Numbered from the stretch's first letter, positions 16,401 through 32,199 are shown. The stretch: 64,000 bases of DNA from Lama guanicoe (GCA_013239625.1 MU053645.1:1604274-1668273), one strand, 5' to 3'. The notes: a model not told the origin generated them from the letters alone. Made by a program: numbers and translations.

Positions 16401-18101
16401 AGGAGAAAAGACTTAAAAAGCAAGGTAGCCTAGGGAAGAAACATCATCTGCTGCTTCCCCTAGTCTCTGCGGAAAAGGGTACAGAGAAGATACATTAGAC
16501 CTCCTGCTACCAATCTGAGCCTTGTGAAAACTAGGGTAGGAAGAGGGGTGTTAAAAAAAAAAAGCAGGCAGTAACTAGAAAAAATAATGCTTGACTTGGG
16601 AAAACCAGGGCTGAACAGGAACCACCTCCTCTATCTTCACTATCCCATTCTGAAAAACAACCTTGACCTTACCAAGGTCTGTAAGAAAAGGAGTAGAAAA
16701 ACACAAGGAAAAATGGGGAGGAGAAAGAACAGAACAAACTGTAAAAAATATATTATTCACCATGCTTCACTCCCTGTCACCCCCACACATTTTGGCAGCA
16801 CTTACCCTCAGCCTCTGTCCTCATTCCCTTGCCCTCATCATCAGAGCAGGGTAATTCTGAGATCATTTATCTTTCCCATGTATATGATTTACTCCAATGC
16901 TGCAAAACTTAAGTATTAAATATGCACAAAATTATTCTTTTATATTATTTTCCAATGCGAACAATCTTAAGCAAATGTCATAAATATGTTACATTCATGT
17001 TACAGTCACATCATAGGTCAAATAGGCTTCTGTGAGTTAGTCTAAGAAACTCTAACAACCATTTATAACACTGGAGCCATTAGTTCTGTTCCAAGTTTTA
17101 CCACAGGCTCCAAAGGAGTAATCCTGGCTTTGCCTAACTCCGTTTTATGACCTTGAACTCAGTCTTTTCTCTCTGGACCTCAGTTTCCTCATTTTTGCAA
17201 TGAGGACTTGGAATAGTTGAAACAAATTTCCTACCGCGTCCTTTTCAAATGTGTTCTAGTGGCGTTCTGTATGATTATTTAACAATAACATCTGCTTTCA
17301 GACTATAACTTTCTTTTAGGTAAGAATCATATTTTACATATTCCTTGTATTTGTAGAAGCTCAGTAAATCTGTAGACTGATTTTATGGGATTGAGGGGCA
17401 TGCAAAAGACATTACAATGTAGAAGGATTTGTTCTGTAGATGAGAAATCAGAACTAGACTCCTTAATTCAACTCCAGTGTTTTCCATAGCTGAACCCCTC
17501 TCCTCCTCCCTCCTCCCTTGTTCACACACTCTCCCAGGCCTCTGTGTGTGGTGTGTATATACATATACATATATATACATAATATATGCTATATAGTACA
17601 CACACATATACCTATACTATAGGTTGGGTCTATGTGTAAAACATCCTCAAATCCCCCTTATTTGATATAACACTTAAATGTCTGCATCAGGGAATTCTCC
17701 AGAACACTCTATATATCTTCTAGTAAAAACAGTTAGGGGGTTCACCGTCTGAATAAATTTGTTTAAGCCAGCCCATCCTAAGCCTCGCTCCATCCCTCCA
17801 CGGGGGGAGCAAACCAGGGGACGTGCTATATGAAGGAATCTTCCAGATTTAAGCTTATACATTTTGGCAGGGCCTACAGCGCTAGGGAAAAGAGTTCATA
17901 AAGGGGGAGGGGGAATCGTCTGGTTACCTAGAGCTTCACTAAAAATTGGGGGATACGGGGTGGAAATCGGGCTGTGACACAGGTTTAAAATCGGGAAAAG
18001 GAAGATTCTAGCTTTTAAAGTGCCACCTTTCGAAAGATCTATGGATTGTTTTTGAGCCATCCGAAATTCACTCTATGGCGTACCGGAAATGGAAGGGGTT
18101 A

Positions 18102-18890
<789 letters not shown>

Positions 18891-18967
18891 CTAGTCAGCG
18901 CCTCAGTGGCCTCTGCAGCAGCCTCAGTCGCCGCCGCCGCAGCCCGGCCCAGCCCAGTCAGCGAAGC

Positions 18968-18994
18968 GCCGCCGCCGCCGCCGCCGCCGCCGCC
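18968..18994 (-). repeat. Second (GGC)9 repeat near the FAM199X TSS
   Basis: Nine perfect GCC units on the + strand. Confidence 0.95.
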
Positions 18995-20474
18995 CGGCCC
19001 GCCCACTGCGCTCGCCGCTTGCGACTGCTGCAGTCCACCCGGCGCCCGCTGGGAGGGGAAGGGCGGAGGGAAGCCGCTCCCTGTGCCCTCTGCTGGAGCG
19101 GAGGAGGAACTGAAGCTCCGCCCGCCGCAGACTGGGAGGGCACAGGCCCATCAGGCCAACCTCCTCCTCCGCTTTCTTACCCTCCGCTGATTACTAAGCA
19201 GCAAGTCGCAGCGCTGAGAAAAGGGACTTGGCCAAGGTCACACCGCGGGTGCGTGAGAAAAAATCGGGAGGCCTCAGTTCCCAGCACACTCGATCACCCT
19301 GTCCCAATTCAACAAGTATTTATTGAGCTCCTGCAGTGTGTGTGTGCCCAGCACTGTGCAATGAGCTGCAGGGAAAATGGGCCAAGTAGGGAGAAATAGT
19401 CCCTGTCTCACCCTTGATCACCTAAGCCGAAAAACTCTGCGCGACAGCCACCGGGCTACTCAGAGTTGCTGGACACGTAGTGCTCTTTTGTGCTCTGTGC
19501 TCTTGCTCGCATTATGTATTCTGCTTGGAATGCCCTGCCGTTTCTGCCCTGCTAATCCTTAAAGCCCCAGCTCTAACGTTACCTCCTCTGTGAAGCCTTC
19601 CCTGACTCCCAAATGAGACTTAGGTATTCCTGCCAGTGCTCCCGTGTAAGATATATTATGACGCTTAAGTTGTTCAACTTAAATCAGCTTACTAGGTGCT
19701 ACATACTGTTATTTCTTACTATCTTTTCCCTCTTTTCTCTGTTTTTCTAGACAAGTGGTTCCAGATCTCGGATGTGTAAATTTTTAAAAAATAGACGGAG
19801 GAAAACACAAGATTGCCAATCACTTATTTTGCCAAATAGGGACAATTTTTTAAACTACCTACTACTACTTTATAAAAGGAAGCATATTTTCATATAAAAT
19901 GATAAGGGCACAATCTCTCAATAAAAATTTAAATATATTTAGGTTTATGGAGAAACATCACATTGAATCTTGAGAGAAGCTTAGAACTAAAGTAGGTAAA
20001 AAGGAGGGGAACGGCGAAAGAATGCAGAAGGTAAGGAGAAAGAGGGTTGGGAGAAGGGGTCACATGAGCCCCAGTCTTAAACTCTGTGTCTTGTCCTACC
20101 AATGCAACTTATAATGAAAACAACTCTTAACCATTCCTTTAAAATTTATGTATTGTCTTGCTTCAGTTTACCCTACTGCTGAACACGTATGTCTTCTTTT
20201 ACTTAAAGATCGTAGAAGTGAGGGTGATGATAGTCTGACCTATGGCCCCCTACGCACCAATTCTCGGGGGCCTGGGACTAGTGAAACCGAATGGGCCATG
20301 GCTTAGTTCTCACAAACAAGAGACTTGATGGTCCAACTGAAGGAAGAGTCCAGTGCTGCATAATAATGTAGGTACTCAGTTAATAGTACCAGAAAGTATT
20401 AATAAGAAGCTAACAAAATACTCTCATTTACACTTATATTTTATACATACTATAACAGGACAGTGATTTTTAAT

Positions 20475-20992
20475 ATACATTTTTATTGAAGTATAGTCAG
20501 TTTACAATGTTTTATCAACTTCTGGTGTACAGCACAATGCTTCAGTCATACATGAACATATATTTGTTTTCATATTCTTTTTCACCATAAGTTACTACAA
20601 GATATTGAATATAATTCCCTGTGCTTTATAGTATGAAATTGTTGTTTATTTTATATATTAGTTAGTATCTGTAAATCTCAAACTCCTAATTTATCCCTTC
20701 CCCCCACCCCCATAACCATAAGTTTGTTCTCTATGTCTTGTGAGTCTGTTTTTGTTTTGTAAGTAAGTTCATTGTCTTTTTTTTTTAGATTCCACATATA
20801 AGTGATATCATATGGTATTTTTCTTCCTCTTTCTGGCTTACTTTACTTAGAACGACAATCTCCAGGTGCATGCATGTTGCTACAAACGGTATTATTTTAT
20901 CCTTTTTATGGCTGGGTAGTATTCCATTGTATAAGTATACCATAACTTCTTTATCCAGTCATCTGTTGATGGACATTAAGGTTGTTTCCATG
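20475..20992 (-). mobile_element. LINE-1 3' end fragment
   Basis: ttttattgaagtatagtcagtttacaatg...ggacattaaggttgtttccatg, same family as 1729-2408. Confidence 0.85.
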
Positions 20993-22534
20993 CTTTTTAA
21001 AACTAGAATCCAATGACAGAGTCTGTGAGTCTTCTACAAGTGTGTTTTACCTTTACATTCAGTTTTAAGCATATTCTGGAGTATCTGGATGACTAAATGA
21101 TAACAGATGCCACATAATTAGGTCATGCACTTGAGTCTGTTTTTAAAATCTAGTTGGGACAAGGTAATACTACTTTAATTGTCATGAGCCAGTGAGAAAG
21201 TAAATGAGGTGAACCTCCTACTTCATGGCTTACTATACAAATGAAGATTTTCTGGTAGCTTGAAAGAGGAATGTGATGGGAAAAGAGAATCCTCACGAGA
21301 CACACATACAAGCTCGTTGACAGTCAAGAACACATGCTGGCCAGTCAGTAGTATGTTTGGGTTTCTAAGGGCAGTTCTGTCTCAGCAAACATCATATGCT
21401 ACATTAAATAAACATTATTTTGTGTTTGTGCATAATTTTTAAGTTTATTTTGGTGTTGAATTTGTTTAAGAGCTTTATGAAGAGCACAGTTCATATTAAG
21501 TTGTATGTTTGTTTACATTTAAGAAATAGTATTATAAAAAGAATTCACATAAATGATTGGGAATGAGAGAATGTTTTTCTTTTAAAAGAGGTCCCTTAAA
21601 TATATTTTTAGCTGAGAAACACTGATACAGATAATGACAACAGTACATAGAGTATGTGTACTGTGTGTGTAATGTTTACTTAAATATATGGTAATGATGT
21701 ACTAATACATCTTTACCAAGCTCTTAGCCACTAGGAGTTGATGACTGTTGTGCATCCTCCCTTCTTGCCCCACTTCAGTTTGCTTGGTTTGTCCCTTGGG
21801 GGTAGTCTGACTGCATTTACCCCATTCGTCCCTCCCTTCCATTATAATGGAATGGAATAATTCTAATATTTATGTATTAGTTCCCTACCTTCTCTGAGAG
21901 TCTGGGCCTGGAAGGCAACCCTGGGGTGATCTACCTTCTCCAGATGCATAACTTACCTCCCAGAGAGATGTTGGACTGCAGGAGGGTTGTGGAGAGACTG
22001 AACAGGATTGAGAATTGCCAACCAATCTTTATCATTTTGGTTACTATTGGATAGAAATATATTGACCTTGACCCAATAATGATCTATGATCTAACCATTA
22101 TAATTTTTCATGTGACTGACGGATGCAAAGTATGTGTGTATATGTATCTAACTACATCTACATCAAGACATACTAAATAACATATATTATATATAATCAG
22201 CTCCCCAAGTATCACCAACACAACCTGCTGTTAAAACAAAGCTTGAGTGTATTACTTATCACAGCAAGGGAGAACATCTCCACAGTGATTTTGCAGTGTC
22301 TCAGAGGGAAAAGGCAAAGATAGAATTCATTAAGAATTAGAAGTTTGGTTTCAAGTGGCGATTTCAGTGTGGGGACTCAGTTAGGATTAAGTAAGAATCA
22401 TGATACAACAGTCCAGGAGTGGTGGAAGCAGCAAGGTAAGAGTTTTGAGGTGAGGAATTCAGGGAATCTTAGGGCGCAAACTTTGCTGATGCTTTCTATT
22501 GAAGAGTTGGTGGGTCTTTTGGGAAATTCTTAGG

Positions 22535-23045
22535 ATGGGTATCCGGTCTGTGTCTAGACTAATTTTTTTGCATGTGGATATCAAGTTGTTCCAGCACCAT
22601 TTATTGAAAAGAGTATCTTTTCTCCACTGTATTGTCTTTACACCTTTGTCAAAGATTATTTTATGTGGGTCTATATTGGGATTCCACGCTGTTCCACCTA
22701 TCTGTTTGTCTATTGTTTTGCCAATACCACACTGTTTGATTACTGAAGCTTTATAGTGGGTTTTCAAGTTGGGTAGTGTCAGTTCTCTGATTTTGTTCTT
22801 CTTCAACATTGTGTTAACTATTCTGGGTCTTTTGCCTTTCCATATAAACTTGAGAATCAGTTTGTCAATATCCACAAAAATAATTCGTTGGGATTTTGAT
22901 TGAGACTACATTGAATCTATGGATCAAGTTGGGAAGAACTGACATCTTGAAAACATTGAGTCTTCCTGTCCAGATACATGGAACATCTCTTCATTTATTT
23001 AGTTCATGTTTGATTTCTTTCACCAGAAATTTATATTTTCCTTAT
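22535..23045 (-). mobile_element. LINE-1 ORF2 fragment
   Basis: Translation DIDKLILKFIWKGKRPRI...LTLPNLKTHYKA...LFNKWCWNNLISTCKK. Confidence 0.85.
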
Positions 23046-23149
23046 AGATCGCTTGATATTCTCTGAACCACAGCATGTAGGATTTGCTCTACTTTCTAGG
23101 CCTTTTATGAAGCAAGAAATTAAGAGGCCTGAAGAGAGGAAAAAGAAAT

Positions 23150-23915
23150 CCAGACTTCCCCTAAAGTAGTTAGGGTTTCACTTCTCTAGTCAGAGCCCCC
23201 ACTCCTTTTTTTTCTTCTCGAATTAAATTATCTGATTACCCTTTTTCTTAGATGACAAACCAATGGGCCAAAATGTATATCAAAGACAATCCTGACAATA
23301 AAGCTGATTCCCAAAGTTTCAGACGAAGTACCTATAAGGATAATGATTAAGCCTATTTTCAACAAAGACAGTAAATGTTATATCTGATTTACAAAAAGAG
23401 AGATGAACATAATTTTTGTAAAAGAAAAATTGTAAGATACAACATATAATAATACCGAGATATAATGTACATTCTATACCATACATATACCAAACATATG
23501 GAAAGAATATATATTGACAGAGTATCAAGAATATCAACCAAAGAGAATCGGTTAAGTCTGGATCAGGTACAAAAATTCTATATTTTAATGTAGCTCCATA
23601 GGTTAAGTCTGATACACATCTTCATTTAAACACCACTGGCCTCGAAGATGCTAGATTCATATTAATAAGAAGTAAGGCCAAGTAAAGGTTTAAAATAATA
23701 ACTGAAATCATAATTGACAATGCTATATTGCTACTGCCTAATATTCTCAAGCAAAGCACCACCAGGACTCTGATAAATAGAAACATCGTGGAGACCAAGA
23801 GCACTGAGAAATCTCTAGGAACTTCCCATATAGCATACAATTTCTGAAACTTTTATATTAAGTACATTTTACCCATACAAATTTAACCTGGTGAAGGTTG
23901 AGCATCTCTTCCTTT
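23150..23915 (-). mobile_element. Probable ERV1-class non-coding internal fragment
   Basis: AT-rich stretch (ccaggactctgataaa...catacaatttctgaaac...tttacccatacaaatttaacc) resembling MER4-group internal sequence from recall; an LTR-like segment lies at about 22230-22530. Confidence 0.4.
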
Positions 23916-26232
23916 TTTTAAATTATCCTGGTTTTATTTTCATTCTGTGGTAACTGTATCAATTCAAACTACCTTCTTACTAGTATGGTTCTGAGGTAAA
24001 ACCCAAGTTTTTGAATAGGGAAACAGTAATTGGATTTGTATTGAACACTTTAGAAAACAAACTTTACTTTATGTCATCTTGTAATCTTTATTAAAAGAGG
24101 CTCAGAAAAATAGCACATTCAAACTTCTTTTGTTCTTATGCTGTAAGACCTCTCCATTTCCAGATAGTCTATAAAGAGATTTATGTGAAATACCCATAGT
24201 TTAAATAACAAACACTTTCTTTATTGTGCAAATGATGAAACCTGTTTTGTTAAAATAGTTTGTTTCTACTTCAGAATTATGTTTTATAATTAATGAAAGA
24301 TTCCAAAAAATATAAAGTTACACCAATCTAATCTTAATCTGCTCTGGTATTCCTGCCTCTCTTATAAAGTGACTGAAGAAAGATTAGGTGAATTTTAGTT
24401 CTTCTGGGGCTTTCCTAAGTTTAAATGCATTCTTCTTTGGTATTAAAAAAGTATAAGATAGGTATCTCCCCCTACTTAATATAAAAAGCATCCATTTATT
24501 TTGAAAGAGTTATTCTCAGCCCACCCTTAGTTAAGGTTAATTAATTTACTTCTTATTGAATGGTTGGTCTAGATTTAACCAAATAGCAACTGATCACCTT
24601 TCTGTTCTGTGTTTATCTTGTCCTTTCTTTCACTCCCTACTAAGTGCTTGGTCTCCTATTTTAGCAATTTCAGTGTAATATGGCCAAATTTCTGTTTCTG
24701 GCTCTTAATGATTCTGTTTCAAATAACTGATCTTGAGAAAATATGAAGTTACCTTAATTCTAACAAAAAAGTTTTAAACGTGCACTTCAAAAATGGAGTT
24801 GTTAGACTTGCTGAAGTTATAACTGGACTTGCTAAGGCAGTTAATGCTGCTTTTGGGTTAAAAAGGCAACTATATACTCTGTTGAAAGAGAAAATGTTAG
24901 AGAAACTAAGAACTGAATAATAAAAATCCTTACATGTTCCTATCTTTAGATAACCTTTGCTTTTGGAAAATTGAGGGCAGTATCCCTTTCATATTCATTT
25001 TCTGGGATTGGGCTTGGAGAGACTCATGGTTTTCCTCTGCATTGACTGTCTTTGTTTATATGAGGTAACAAGGACTGCATGCATGTGAGGGAGCGATACA
25101 AATATTTTTTACCTAATGCATTAGTGAAATTAATGAAAGAAAAATAGCACAGACTCAAGACATAAAATTAACATTTTTTTGAGGTACTAAAAGTTGAGAG
25201 CAGAGTGGTCATGGGGATAGAATTTAGATTGTGATTCGTAGTCATAACCCATGGTGATTGAATCTTGGCCGAACAATGACAGTATTGCATTCTGAGGAAT
25301 TTCACTGAATAAAAGGGATGAGTTAAAAATGCTTCTTAAGGGATAACCAAATAAAGAAATAGGAATAAGCATATGAAATATTTTAAGGAAAGATTTACAT
25401 AACCTTTTCCTGAGTCCATGTTTATGACCCTCGGATAAGGTCTTTCCAGCCTACACACTACTTGGCCATAGTTGCAGTTTTCTAAAGAGCTCATAGGCAG
25501 TTCAGATTGAAGTTAGGCCAGATGGCTATGGATGGGAAGTGAATTGTATTTTACCTGTTCTGCTCCATTCCTTAAAAACTGCTTTTCTATATACAATAAC
25601 TCAGACATTACAAGCAATTCTCTTATAAATAATAATTAAGCCTGTTTAGAACGAGGAATACAATGGAAACTACTGTGAACATCTTAGTTAAAAATTTTCC
25701 TTATGTGTGATGGCTGTAGCTACAGCAACCATGTTGTTACACTGAGGAAACTGTGAGTTAGGAAGGCAGAGCTTGAGCTTGGAAAATGTAGCAGAAAGAT
25801 GAAAGGAGCTGCTATAACAATATTGAACTGCCTACCTTTGGATTTCCTTTATGTGATAGAAAAATAATTAGTTTCTTACTGACAGCCAAACACAACTGCT
25901 AACTGATACAACATATAATTATAATACAGTGAGATGCAAGGTCTAAAAGAAGTATGTATAAAGACCTATCAGTACACATTTAAGGAAAAGATGAATTCTG
26001 CGTAGGGGAAAAGAGATTGGGAATGGCTTAACAGAGGGAGTGACATTTGGCCTGGGCCCTTAGAATATGAGTAGCTGTCCATTAGGCTGGAAAACATAGG
26101 CATTTTGGATGAAACAGTGATGCTGAAATTCCATATCATTTCTGTGGTGAAATTAGTCAATGTTAAAAGGTAGATGAAGGACGTAGAAAAAAATTTTTTA
26201 TTAGAAATAGATGATGTGCTATTTGTCATATA

Positions 26233-26693
26233 TGTTGGTGTCACGATATCATGTACACCTACACACTGTATGGGGAGAGAGCTGATGGCTACTCTGTTTA
26301 TTGATTTTTGTAAAAGGGTTTATATAGGACATGCATGATGCCTCACATACCATCTAAGTTATAACAATGTGAATAATCTTAAGCTGTTTAGGTTCCCAGG
26401 CTCCAAGTTCCCAGGCTCCTGCAGTAAGCACAGGATGTTACATGATCAAGGACAGATTGTTTTAAAGTTCATCACAAAACTTCATTAAGTAGGCCATCTC
26501 TTATCCAGTCGGCTGTGCCTGTCTTAGGTTCTCCTCCTCTGAGGATCTTACCCGTCATTGGCTATCCAACCGTCCATACTGTATACATTAAATAGGCCAT
26601 CTCTTATCCAGCCGGCTACATGACATTTTTCATAGCTTGTTTATCAGTTTAGCCCATGGCTTATTCTCTAGAGCCTTCAGGTGGGGGCCTACA
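26233..26693 (-). mobile_element. Solo ERV LTR, 461 bp
   Basis: Minus-strand termini TGTAGG...CCAACA; TSD ATATA at 26228-26232 and 26694-26698; TATA-like CCTATATAAA then AATAAA on the minus strand; internal direct repeats. Confidence 0.8.
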
Positions 26694-28299
26694 ATATATA
26701 ATCATGGAAACCCCTAAGGTTTAGTGGCCAGAAAAATTTTAAGAAATGCCAACAGAGGGGCTTATTATAATAAAATGTACCTATCTGTTCTCATATAATT
26801 TTCTTCTTATTTCTGTGAGGGAAATAAGATATATTGTTCCCCTGTATGATTCTACTCATTCCAATGTTTAAGTACTTAAAACAATTTAATGAGAAATTCA
26901 CTATTCTTCAGTTGCTCTTACCAAACCTTCATTTAACCATTATTACAGATAAGTTAGGAAAGTAGTATCTTCTCTTCAGTATTTGTGTGTGCTAAGCAAG
27001 TTAGCATAGTATTCTTTCCTATGCTATATTGAAAACCTTGTACACAACTAAAATACTGCACAAGACCTATAAATATTGACATTTATTTGGCCAATGTAGA
27101 AAGGACTTTTCAGAAACAACCAATATATCTCAGATCAGTATAAAATTTTAATTAATGATATTTTCTTCTTATGAAAAAGAGGATGTTTATTTCAGTTACC
27201 AAATCAAAAGCAACCACTTAAAAGACACTCTATAATCTGATTTTTTTTCCAAGTGAGGGGATGACCAACATATTTTGCTAAATAACAAAAAAATTATAAT
27301 ATGTAAATAAATATAAATAATAAATAAAAAGGGAACCAATTACAAGAGGCCATACTGAAGGAATACATTCAAATATACACAGAAGTAAGTTTTCAGGTAT
27401 ATCTGGATCTTAATTTAGGGGGAAGTTAACTGAGAGGATAATCTCAGTGAAAAGAATTGTCTTCGCACTTTTATTTTAAGCCAGAAGAGTGGATTTTAGT
27501 CAACTGTTTTGGTATGGGTGGCTTTACAAGATATATATGCTGGGGCGGAAAACTGAACAAGATGCCAGAAGTTATGGATTTTGTATCTTTGCAAATGTAA
27601 CTTTTAAATATCTGGTTGTTTTAAATCCGAACACCTTTTCAACCTGAACACTTCTCAACTAATATCTATATATTTTAAAATATTATGATCAAGGTTTATA
27701 ATAATGACCCCTAATGTTTTCTGAATCATAGCAGAATTATTAAGTTAGGATATATTTTTATTATTTGCAAACTAGTTGCCTGGTCTATTTTTTTTAACAC
27801 TTCTAGATTAATCAGAGCATCCTTGTTGGGCATCCAACCTTGGGCTTGATCTTTGGCCATCTTCACTAACAGATTACAGTTAACAGAAATGAAACAACCA
27901 ACAGATGATAAACAAATTTAAGAGTCATTACAGCAAGAATATCTATCACAAAATAATTATAATTGAACCAAAATTTTAAGTGTCTCATAGCTTTTTCAAT
28001 AAGATTTTTTCATATTATGTAGTGAAAAAGAGTTACAATGAAGCATGAATGAATGTACTTTCATTTCTAACTTGATAGAATGTGGTCTGTTGGTGTCAGC
28101 ATGACAAGAGATGTTAGGAATAGGCTGGGCCTCATTTTCATTTGTTAGGTCATATGTCCAACTTTAATTGGAGGGGCCCTATCTAGTTGCATCTTAACTT
28201 ACCCCTGGCTTCCCTAGAGATGGTTATGACTACTTGGCCTACAATGGAGGGCTACAAAGGGCCATGTTTACTTAGTTCACTGATAAACATGAGATAAGA

Positions 28300-28745
28300 A
28301 TGTGTCTTAGGGAGGGTTGCCTGAAGCAATGCCTGAGGTTGGCAGGGGAGTTCTTCATGTGAGTTATTGAGGGAGGGATCTCAAATGCAGGAGAGTGAAG
28401 GAAGCAGGATAGGGCAGGGGGAAAAAAACCCAGCTGGAGGCCAGCCTTAGCCTGGCCTTACAAGGAGTGCTGGGGTAGGTTCTGCACCACAGAACTGGTC
28501 CACTTTGGAGGCAAGGTGGCTGGCGTTATGTACCTTCATCATCAGTCGATCACTGACTGCAGGTTACAGGGGTGTGGGGAGTGGGGGTGTTGTAGAGTAC
28601 TGAACTTCTTATTCTGCAGAGTGCAATTCTCCAGGGAAGGAAGCAGCTGCAGTTAGCAGCTAACACCCACAACTGCTGGGGGATGGGTCAATCTGCCTTG
28701 TAAAGGGGGCCTGAACTGGTCACCAGCAGTGTGTGTACACTACAG
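28300..28745. mobile_element. Ancient MLT1-type MaLR LTR remnant
   Basis: tgtgtcttagg...tgagttattgaggg...gcaggatagggcaggg...cagcagtgtgtgtacactaca pattern; boundaries approximate. Confidence 0.55.
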
Positions 28746-29563
28746 TATAGAAACACTGCCATATGTGTGTTAGGACCCCGGATCCACCCTTAAGAAACAT
28801 ACAACTGAAACACACCACAGAAAGCACTGCAGAACTTGAACACTTAAACTACGAATGACGTTGTTTCTAAAATTATGTTATGAGAACAACTGGGATGAGA
28901 TGCTGGAAACACATCTCCCTTTCTAACATTGGGTTTAGGAATATCCTCTCCCCTTACCTACTCTCTTTGCTAAGCAGTAGCAGCTGGTGGCGGCTTCTGT
29001 GATCAGGGCAAGATGCCCAGCAGTGAAAGAACTTGGTTGGTTAGGAGAATTCAAGGCAGATGAAGTCTCTGGAATGGGGATATGGGGTTTAGGGTGAAAG
29101 GAGCTTTAAGGGCAGGGTCTCTTGTTTGTGTCTGATATCTGCACCCAACCTCTCTGCTCTGTTTATTTCTACTGGCCCTAGAGACACCTTTGTCTGCCTG
29201 TTTTCCTCTGTCAACACTTTTGCTGTGTGCCAGGATTTCGATCTTTTCCTGGCCTCTGGAACCTGACTTCTAACAGCTTTACCCCTATGCTGACATTTTC
29301 TAATAGTTTAACACTAGAAGTAGTAGGGGGAAATCGAAAGCCTTCTCATGCTATATCTCTCCTATTTCTTTTTAAACTTAGCCACCTTAAGTAGAAGACC
29401 AAGGCCAGACATGTGTGCTATTGTTGGGAGTTGGGAAGAAAAAAGACAAGTTGGTTCTTCTGCAATTGAAGCCCAGAGGCTTTCCAGGGTGTGCAGGGTA
29501 ATGAGTTCTGAAGTGCCAAGAGGGAGTGAAGAAGGTCAGGGAGCTATAAAAGTGGTACAGGGA

Positions 29564-29868
29564 AAGTGAACTTATTTACAAAATGGAAACAGACTCACAG
29601 ACATAGAAAACAAACTTATGGATACCAGGGGAGGGGAGAAGGGGTAGGAAGGGATAAATTGGGAGTTCGAGATTTGCAGATACTAACACTATATATAAAA
29701 TAAACAAGTTTATACTGTGTAGCACAGGGAACTATATTCAATATCTTGTAGTAACCTATAATGGAAAAGAATATGAAAAGGAATATATGTATGTATATGA
29801 TTGAAAAATCATGCTGTACACCAGAAATTGACACAATATTGTAAACTGATTGTACTTCAATAATAATA
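29564..29868 (+). mobile_element. Short LINE-1 3' end with perfect 16-bp TSD
   Basis: TSD AAAAGTGGTACAGGGA at 29548-29563 and 29869-29884. Confidence 0.92.
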
Positions 29869-30985
29869 AAAAGTGGTACAGGGATGGGGACAAGGCAGGA
29901 CTTGGTTTACCTGCAGCAAACACTTACCTTCTTATCCTTCCCCAGTCCCTTTACCATCACCAGTCTGGCTCCTGAAAAAAAACATTGTGGACTGCCTGAG
30001 AGTAAGTCAGGAAGTGGGAATGGGTGGGTGTGGAGCAAGAATAAGAAGACCCTGGGTACTGTAGGCTCTGAAGAAAAGGAGGGAATTCCTTTTTAACTTT
30101 TATCTGGAAAAGAGGAGATTTCCCTGTGCTCTTGGGCTGTGGTAGAAATACCTGATTCTACCAACTGCTAATGTGGAAATTACTAGCACTTCGGCTGGTT
30201 CAGAATAGTACATTAAAGAGTCTCTTGGTGCAGTCCTAAAACAAGCAAAATCTTTGATAATATCCAAGCTTTACAGAATGATGGGGTGAGGTAAGGATCC
30301 TGCAGCTTTATCTCTGGTGGCCTTAGGCAGTATGGGTAGTAGTGAGGCCTGTGTAGCACAGTGCGGCACAATATTTGACCTCGTTATGATTATTGCTATT
30401 TTAGTCATCTCCTTTGTGCCAGCCTTCAAGGGTGAGACCCTTGCTTTATTGCCTGCTGTCCTGCCTCTGAAGAGAACCTAGTCTTCCTGACCTGCATGGG
30501 TATTGAGGCGACTCTTAGGGAAAAGAAGAGCATTCAAGAAGAGTTTATGGCTGTTTTCTCAGTGATCTTTGAGAAGGGCCAAGACATATATGAGTTTAAG
30601 TCTTGGCTCCATTTGTTACTAGCTCTGTGACTGTGGGCAAGTTATTGAGTTATCTGCTATCTCTCTGGCCTGAATTTTCTCAGCTGCTTTAGAGCCACAA
30701 AGAGGAGGGGAGGGAAGGATAATACTTATAACTACCACCAATAATTGTGAGAATTAAACAACAACAACAAAAGTGGGTGTAAAGCACTTAACATAGTACC
30801 TAGTCCATAGTTGCTCAAGTGTTAACCATGATTATCATTTATTATTTATCAGCTAGAAAGTCTTAGCTGAGAAGACATCTCCATCAAAGTCAATAATTAT
30901 AATTTCTATTTCAATATACTGCTTAACTCTGTGGTAAGCAATATTCTAGGTGCTGCTTGCATTTAAAACTTTTAGAATTCTCACT

Positions 30986-31728
30986 CCAAAAACAATAAAT
31001 GCTGGTGAGTGTGGAGAAAAGGGAACCCTCCTACACTGTTGGTGGGAATGTAATGTGCAGCCACCATGGAAAACAGTATAGAGACTCCTTAAAAAATTAA
31101 AAATAGACTTACCATATGATCCAGCAATCCCACTCCTGGGCATATATCCAGAAGAAACTCTAATTCGAAAAGATACATGCACATCAATGTTCATAGCAGC
31201 ACTATTTACAATAGCCAAGACATGGAAGCAAACTAAATGTCCATCAACAGATGATTAGATAAAGAATACACACACACACAAGAATACTACTCAGCCATAA
31301 AAAGAATGAAATCATATCATTTGTAGCAACATAGATGGACATAGAGATTATCATACTAAGTGAAGTAAGTCAGACAGACAAATATATGTTATCACTTATA
31401 TGTGGAATCTTAAATATATATAAACTTATTTACAAAACAGAAAGAGACTCACAGACATAGAAAACAAACTTATGGTTACCAAAGGGGAAAGGAAGGGGTA
31501 AGGGATAAATTAGGAGCTTGGGATTAGCAGATACAAACTATTATATATAAAATAAACAAGAAGTTTCTTCTGCATAGCACAGGGAATTATATTCAATATC
31601 TTGTAATAATGTATAATGAAAAATAATATGAAAAAGAATATATATGTATATATAAAACTGAATCACTATACTGTACACCAGAAACTAACACAACATTGTA
31701 AATAAACTATACTTAATAAAAAAACTAA
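30986..31728 (+). mobile_element. LINE-1 3' end inserted into a MIR
   Basis: ORF2 C-terminus and 3' UTR; TSD AATTCTCACT at 30976-30985 and 31729-31738; MIR-like sequence continues to about 31885. Confidence 0.88.
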
Positions 31729-32199
31729 AATTCTCACTATAACTCTAGAGGTAGATACCCATCTACAGATGAGGAAGCCAAGGAATAGCATGCTTAAATC
31801 ACTTGCCTAAGACTCCACGGTTGGATACTGGTAGAGTGTAGATTCAAACCCAGAAAGTCAGGTTTACAAAGTCTGTGCCCTTAACCATCGAGGTATGCGG
31901 TTAAATAATCAGACAAGGACCGAAAGGAGATGGGGAATGGATGACAGAAAAGGCACAGGTGAACAGCCAGAAACTGAAAATTTAGAGTTTGGGTTGGTCC
32001 GGAAGTTTAAAGGCATCATTATGAACTGTTTATGTTGTCAATTTAATTAACAAGTAAGTTAAGCTCCTATTTAAAAATGACTTGGTAAGATTACAAGTCA
32101 AATTACAAAAAGGTTGAGAAAATATTCAATAGCTAACTATAACTAACAGGATAGGCCTGGTCTCTTACATCTTTTACCAGATAAGTGCCCTGGATCTCC

